Shown: positions 59,282 to 64,000 of the stretch, in pieces
How positions within the stretch are numbered: the stretch's first letter is position 1
Layout: every line of letters begins with the position of its first letter
From: Actinomycetota bacterium
Lineage (GTDB): Bacteria > Actinomycetota > Acidimicrobiia > Acidimicrobiales > Aldehydirespiratoraceae
Length of the DNA stretch: 64,000 nucleotides
Reading direction: 5' to 3'
Assembly: GCA_039188975.1 (NCBI GenBank)
Contig: JBCCYT010000002.1
Location: 3,021-67,020, forward strand
Notes under the pieces: generated by a model
What the model saw: the letters and a program-made list of their open reading frames with translations, nothing else
Databases searched by the model: none
What the model was told of the DNA's origin: nothing
Made by a program: the position numbers and the translations under genes

Positions 59282-60376
59282 GTGAAGGATCTCTTCAACG
59301 CCCTCGATACGTGGAGCGCTACGGGTCGCACGGCGGCCATCGCCCGGGTCGTCGATCTTGACGGCTCCGGACCCCGACTTCCGGGTGCGGCGATGGCGGT
59401 GACGACCGACCACGACGTCCGCGGCTCGGTGAGCGGCGGATGCGTCGAAGGAGCCGTCGTCATCGAAGCGCTCGAGGTGATCGAAGCCGACGCCCACCGA
59501 GTCGTGACCTTCGGGTACAGCGACGACGAGGCGTTCGCGGTGGGATTGACCTGCGGTGGCACCATCCACCTCTTCCTCGAACGGTTCGAGCCGGGCGACT
59601 GGTACACGCTGCTCAAGGCCGACATCGCCGCGGAGCGGGCCGTTGCGCTCGCCACCGTGATCGACGGTCCCGGCGCAGGGAACAAGCTGCTCGTACGGTC
59701 CGACCAGCCAGTCGTCGGCACTCTGGGCTCCGACGGGCTCGACCGTGTCGTCGAGCGAGACGCCCGAGGCGAGCTCGCCGCCGGCCGTTCCGGACTGCGT
59801 CACTACGGCGAGAACGGCGAGGCTCGCGAGGACATCGTTGCGGTGTTCATCGAGTCCTTCGCCCCGCCGCCGCAGATGTTGATCTTCGGTGCCGTCGACT
59901 TCACGGCCGCTCTGGCTCGGGTCGCAAAGGTTCTCGGTTATCGCGTCACCGTGTGCGACGCCCGGGAAGTGTTCGCAACCCGCCAGCGCTTCCCGATGGC
60001 CGACGACCTGGTGGTCGATTGGCCCGATCGTCTCCTCGCCGAGGTGGGCGACGAACTCGGTCCGCGTGACGCCGTGTGCGTTTTGACCCACGATGCGAAA
60101 TTCGATGTGCCGGCCGTGACCGCCGCACTCGATACCGACGTGGGGTACATCGGCGTGATGGGATCGCGACGTACCCACGACGATCGCACCGGCCGACTGG
60201 TCGAAGCCGGGGTCACGGCAGAGGGATTCGGGCGGCTGCGATCACCCATCGGGCTCGATCTCGGTGCCCGGACGCCGGAAGAAACGGCGATCTCCATCGT
60301 CGCCGAGATCATCGCCGAACGCACCGGCCGTACCGTCGCCGCCCTGTCGACGACCGACGGCCCGATCCACGACTGA
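59282..60376 (+). CDS. XdhC/CoxI family molybdenum-hydroxylase maturation factor
   Basis: GSVSGGCVE, GLTCGG, LTHDAKFD, YIGVMGSRR, PIGLDLGARTPEE. Confidence 0.92.
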   Translation: MKDLFNALDTWSATGRTAAIARVVDLDGSGPRLPGAAMAVTTDHDVRGSVSGGCVEGAVVIEALEVIEADAHRVVTFGYSDDEAFAVGLTCGGTIHLFLERFEPGDWYTLLKADIAAERAVALATVIDGPGAGNKLLVRSDQPVVGTLGSDGLDRVVERDARGELAAGRSGLRHYGENGEAREDIVAVFIESFAPPPQMLIFGAVDFTAALARVAKVLGYRVTVCDAREVFATRQRFPMADDLVVDWPDRLLAEVGDELGPRDAVCVLTHDAKFDVPAVTAALDTDVGYIGVMGSRRTHDDRTGRLVEAGVTAEGFGRLRSPIGLDLGARTPEETAISIVAEIIAERTGRTVAALSTTDGPIHD

Positions 60377-60400
60377 CGCAGCGCAGCCCGCCGAAAGACC

Positions 60401-60880
60401 CTAGGGCGTTGGTGGAGGTCCAGGCGGGGCGGATGGGTTGGCACGGACGTGGAAACTCTGGCGCCAGTCGAGGTGGGTCGCCTCGTCGATCGACAGCTGC
60501 CAGGTGTAGCTTTGGCCGGGGTTGACCGGAAGCGCCGGGAACATGATGGCCAACGGCACCGAGAGCGGGGTGCCCGCCTTCAAGCCCGCCGGTCGCCCCG
60601 CTTCGAACCGTCCTTGCACGACCAGCGGCTGATGGTTGATCTCGACGGGATGCCCATCCTCGTCGAGCAGGTCGAGACGCCACGCGTGGCCCACGTTCGC
60701 TCGGTCCCACGGCACCTCGATACGGATCGCAACACCCATTGGTTGCGGGCGAGGTCCGATGACCGAAAGGCCACCGCCGAGCACATAGAGCTTGCGGTCG
60801 GCGACTTGCGCCGAGTCGGCCAACAACATGGTCACACGGAGGTTTGGCGGGGTTGCGGGGGCAGGAACGATCGGGTCCAC
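60401..60880 (-). CDS. DUF6941-like hypothetical protein
   Basis: MLLADSAQVADRKLYVLGGG N-terminal motif; beta-rich; TAGGGT 7 nt before GTG 60880. Confidence 0.65.
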   Translation of the reverse strand: MDPIVPAPATPPNLRVTMLLADSAQVADRKLYVLGGGLSVIGPRPQPMGVAIRIEVPWDRANVGHAWRLDLLDEDGHPVEINHQPLVVQGRFEAGRPAGLKAGTPLSVPLAIMFPALPVNPGQSYTWQLSIDEATHLDWRQSFHVRANPSAPPGPPPTP

Positions 60881-60903
60881 GGCTGCGACCCTAGGCTGTT
60901 GCG

Positions 60904-61497
60904 GTGACTGACGCCGACCCCACTCACTCACCGCGGACACCGTCGATCGCTGCGGTGATCTTGGCGGCGGGTGCCGGCTCCAGGTTTGGGGGCGATGCCC
61001 ACAAGCTCGTCACGGAGATCGGCGGCGCACCGATCATTTCCCACGCCATCGCGGCGGCTCGAGGCGCTCAGGTCGACGAGGTGATCGTGGTGCAGGGGGC
61101 AGTCGATCTCACCGCCTTCGTGCCCGACGATGTGACCCTGCTCGACAACGAGCAATGGGCCGACGGACAGGCGACGTCGCTGCGAGCTGCCGTCGCCTAC
61201 GCAGAAGCGCGCCGACACGATGTCATCGTGGTCGGGCTCGGTGACAGCCCGGGCGTCACGACTGAGGTCTGGGACTCGCTCGTCAACGTCGAGGCTGATC
61301 TTGCCTCGGCTCGCTACAACGGCGATCTTCGCCCGCCGGTGCGCCTGGCCGCGTCGATGTGGCCGAGCTTGCCGGTCAGCGGGGACGAGGGCGCACGAGC
61401 CCTGATGCGCCACCGGCCCGACCTGGTGCGACCGGTACCGGTCGAGGGGGACCCTCGCGATATCGACACCCTGCAGGATCTGCGTCGGTGGAGCTGA
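60904..61497 (+). CDS. Molybdenum cofactor cytidylyltransferase-like nucleotidyltransferase (MocA/YgfJ family)
   Basis: ILAAGAGSRFG..K, W..GQATSL, LGDSP, GDEGAR, DIDT..D. Confidence 0.85.
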   Translation: MTDADPTHSPRTPSIAAVILAAGAGSRFGGDAHKLVTEIGGAPIISHAIAAARGAQVDEVIVVQGAVDLTAFVPDDVTLLDNEQWADGQATSLRAAVAYAEARRHDVIVVGLGDSPGVTTEVWDSLVNVEADLASARYNGDLRPPVRLAASMWPSLPVSGDEGARALMRHRPDLVRPVPVEGDPRDIDTLQDLRRWS

Positions 61498-62105
61498 TCG
61501 ACACCTTCACCGTCGCTCGCTCGGTCGATGACACCTGGGCGTTGCTCACCGATCCCGTGCGGGTCGCACCGTGTATCCCGGGTGCGCACCTGACCGAGAT
61601 CGACGGCGCTGACCACCACGGGGTCGTCAATGTGCGACTTGGCGTTCTCCAGGCCCGGTTCACGGGGGTCGCCCATTTCGAGGTCGATCCCGATCGGAAC
61701 CGGATCATCGTGCGAGCCACCGGCGATGGAAACCAAGGCCCGGCCGAGGCCCACATCACCGCCCGGCTCGAGCCGTTGTCGGACGAGCAGACCCAGGTCA
61801 ACGTCGACACCGACCTGCAGCTCAGCGGCCGGCTCGCGCATCTCGGGCGGGGAGTGATCATCGAGGTCAGCTCTGCGTTGACCGCCGAGTTCGCCGCCAA
61901 CCTCGCCGCATCGACCGCAGCCGAAGGCGTTCTCGGGCCCGATGCGTTCGTTGCTGTGCGTACCGGTGTCGCAATGCCCGAACCGGACGCACTCGACCTC
62001 CTCGATGCTGCCCGGCGCCCGATCGCCAAACGGCTCGTTCCGCTCGCGGGTGTGGTCGTCGCGGTGGCCGGCGCAGTGCGGAAACGGCGACGTCGACACC
62101 GATGA
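61488..62105 (+). CDS. CoxG/SRPBCC family protein
   Basis: W.LLTD...APCIPGA, GRLAHLGRG; C-terminal TM and basic tail. Confidence 0.82.
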   Translation: MELIDTFTVARSVDDTWALLTDPVRVAPCIPGAHLTEIDGADHHGVVNVRLGVLQARFTGVAHFEVDPDRNRIIVRATGDGNQGPAEAHITARLEPLSDEQTQVNVDTDLQLSGRLAHLGRGVIIEVSSALTAEFAANLAASTAAEGVLGPDAFVAVRTGVAMPEPDALDLLDAARRPIAKRLVPLAGVVVAVAGAVRKRRRRHR

Positions 62106-62602
62106 GTTCGTTCGCCCTCCCGTCACCCGGCGACCTCGAGCGGGTTGCCGAGCTGCTCGGCCGCCGACCGGGCGGCGCCTTCGAGATCGTTGTGCGCAAC
62201 GACGCCGGCGACCCGGTCGTCTTGCGGAACGCGCCGCTGCTCGATTCTGGCCGGCCGATGCCCACTCGATACTGGCTGGTGGGCGATCACGAACGCCGAG
62301 TCGTCGGTCGCATCGAGAGCGACGGCGGGGTCGATCGGGCAGAAGCCGACATCGGTCTCGATGCAATTCAGGCCGCCCACGACCGATACGCCGCAGAGCG
62401 TGATGCCGCAATGCCGCCCGATCACAGTGGCCCACGGCCATCTGCTGGGGTCGGCGGCACCCGTCGCGGGGTCAAGTGCCTCCATGCCCACTACGCCTGG
62501 TATCTCGCAGGCGGCGACGACCCCGTCGGACGATGGGTCGCGGCCCGATTCTCGGCGTACGAAGACCGAACCGACCTTCCCGAGGAACACGCCCATGACT
62601 GA
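62102..62602 (+). CDS. DUF501 family protein
   Basis: LGRRP, G.PMPTRYWL, GVGG...VKCLHAH. Confidence 0.88.
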   Translation: MSSFALPSPGDLERVAELLGRRPGGAFEIVVRNDAGDPVVLRNAPLLDSGRPMPTRYWLVGDHERRVVGRIESDGGVDRAEADIGLDAIQAAHDRYAAERDAAMPPDHSGPRPSAGVGGTRRGVKCLHAHYAWYLAGGDDPVGRWVAARFSAYEDRTDLPEEHAHD

Positions 62603-63503
62603 AACCGTCGCTGCCCTCGACCTTGGAACGAATTCGACCCGGCTGCTCGTCCACGATGGTGAACGCTCCCTCGAGCGCCGCATGACGATCACCCGCCTCG
62701 GTCAAGACGTGGACCGCACCGGCCGCCTCGCCGACGAAGCGATCGACCGGGTGCTTGCGTGCCTGCGAGAGTACCGAGCGGTGATGGACCGCTTTGGGGT
62801 CACCCGGGTTCGCGCCGCCGCGACATCGGCGGCGCGCGACGCGGCGAACCGAGACGACTTCTTCGATGCGGTCGAGGCTGTCATCGGTGTTCGACCCGAA
62901 CTGTTGTCTGGACTCGAGGAAGGCCAACTCTCGTTCCGAGGTGCGACCGCCGATCTCGACCCCGAGGACGGCCCGTTCCTTGTCTTTGACATCGGTGGAG
63001 GCTCGACCGAATTCGCCTACGGCATCGATGATGCTGAAGCGGCGATATCGCTCGACATCGGCTGTGTCCGCCTCACCGAGAAGTACGTCGAACACGATCC
63101 GCCCGCACCGGAGGAGCTGGTGGCCTGCCTGTCGATCACCGAAGCACACCTCGACGATGTCGCTCGCGAAATGCCGCAGGTCGCGCACGCGCAAACGTAT
63201 GTGGGGCTGGCGGGGACGGTTGCGGCGGCCGCGGCGGTCGAGATCGGTCTCGCCGAATACGACCGCGATCAGATTCACCACTTTCGGCTGACCAAGGACG
63301 CAGCCGAAGACGTGTACCGCACGCTCGTCACCGAATCTCGAGCCGAACGCATCCACAATCCCGGTCTCGAAGAAGCTCGTGCCGATGTGATCGTCGGTGG
63401 CATGTGCATCCTCATCCGCATCATGCGCTACTTCGACATCGACGAACTCGTCGTGTCGGAGTCAGACATTCTCGACGGACTTGCCGCCTCGCTGCGCGAC
63501 TGA
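62595..63503 (+). CDS. ppx: Ppx/GppA family exopolyphosphatase (Ppx2-like)
   Basis: ALDLGTNSTRLL, ATSAARDA.N, DIGGGSTE, RADVIVGG, DILDG. Confidence 0.92.
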   Translation: MTETVAALDLGTNSTRLLVHDGERSLERRMTITRLGQDVDRTGRLADEAIDRVLACLREYRAVMDRFGVTRVRAAATSAARDAANRDDFFDAVEAVIGVRPELLSGLEEGQLSFRGATADLDPEDGPFLVFDIGGGSTEFAYGIDDAEAAISLDIGCVRLTEKYVEHDPPAPEELVACLSITEAHLDDVAREMPQVAHAQTYVGLAGTVAAAAAVEIGLAEYDRDQIHHFRLTKDAAEDVYRTLVTESRAERIHNPGLEEARADVIVGGMCILIRIMRYFDIDELVVSESDILDGLAASLRD

Positions 63504-63537
63504 TCCAGGTTGCGTGGTCGCAGCTGCCGGCTGCGCC

Positions 63538-64000
63538 TCAGGCCGGTGCCGGTGGGTCGCTTGGTGGCCCGGCGAAGAGCTGCGCCATCGACAGCCAATC
63601 GTGAGCCAGCGAACCCTCGACGGCAAGGTCAACATCGGCGATGTTTCGTCGCTGGGCGGTGACCAGGCAGAAGTCCAACGCGGTACCGGTCACCGATGAG
63701 GCAGCGTCGTCGGGGCCCCAAACCCAATGCGCGCCGGATGGCGCGGTCAGTTCGACTCGGACCTCGCCGGAGGGGACGTCGAGGCCACGGTTGATGTACG
63801 TCCAGCCCCGGGTGATCACGCCAAGTTGCGCGATGTGACGCAGCCGGTCGGTCGGCTCGCGGGAAGCGCCCACGGTGTCGCAGATGTCTTGCCCGTGAGC
63901 CCAGGCTTCCATCAACCGAGCGGTGAGGAATGACTTCGCCCCCATCGACGGGCCGTACCACTCGATGCGGGCGTCCTCGGCGCACTCGCTCGCCGCGGCG
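63538..64000 (-). CDS. TIGR03084-type metal-binding protein (MDMPI-like), C-terminal part; start outside the window
   Basis: WYGPSMGAKSFLTARLMEAWAHGQD, PTDRLRHIA, DFCLVTAQRR, AQLFAGPP. Confidence 0.8.
   Translation of the reverse strand, partial: AAASECAEDARIEWYGPSMGAKSFLTARLMEAWAHGQDICDTVGASREPTDRLRHIAQLGVITRGWTYINRGLDVPSGEVRVELTAPSGAHWVWGPDDAASSVTGTALDFCLVTAQRRNIADVDLAVEGSLAHDWLSMAQLFAGPPSDPPAPA

Overview
A compact, high-GC window from an actinobacterial chromosome. bL37, bS22, an Rpf-like protein, DUF501 and a TIGR03084-type protein point to Actinomycetota; the gene order suggests Acidimicrobiia (inference). About 68 CDSs and one tRNA-Gln(UUG) can be supported. No transposase, integrase, prophage, rRNA or CRISPR array was seen. 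Left part (1-28 kb), catabolic: adenosine deaminase, an MFS transporter, a BMP-family nucleoside ABC importer ending in a close homolog of human PHYHD1 dioxygenase, a Qng1/DUF2419 queuosine-salvage hydrolase, a split ADP-forming acyl-CoA ligase, galK with an alpha-galactoside ABC/GH36 locus, a LysR-EamA-amidohydrolase unit, a PhnZ/TmpB-like HD protein, and an aldehyde dehydrogenase/carnitine-dehydrogenase-like pair behind a perfect 28-bp palindrome. Middle: a 1396-aa sortase-anchored surface protein, ychF and an acyl-ACP desaturase. Right part, core backbone: rsmI-rmuC-metG-tatD-rpf-rsmA-ispE-bS22-tRNA-Gln-prs-rplY-pth-mfd-PPIase-mazG-eno-ftsB, then a ~6 kb interruption (ABC exporter, Lrp, a 47-aa small ORF, xdhC/mocA/coxG) before DUF501-ppx. 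The best candidate for an undescribed system is a modified-nucleoside scavenging locus (add + PHYHD1-like + nucleoside ABC + qng1 + ABM), with a perfect DnaA box upstream of the importer. Many genes look leaderless. All calls come from motif recognition by eye; no database search was run.
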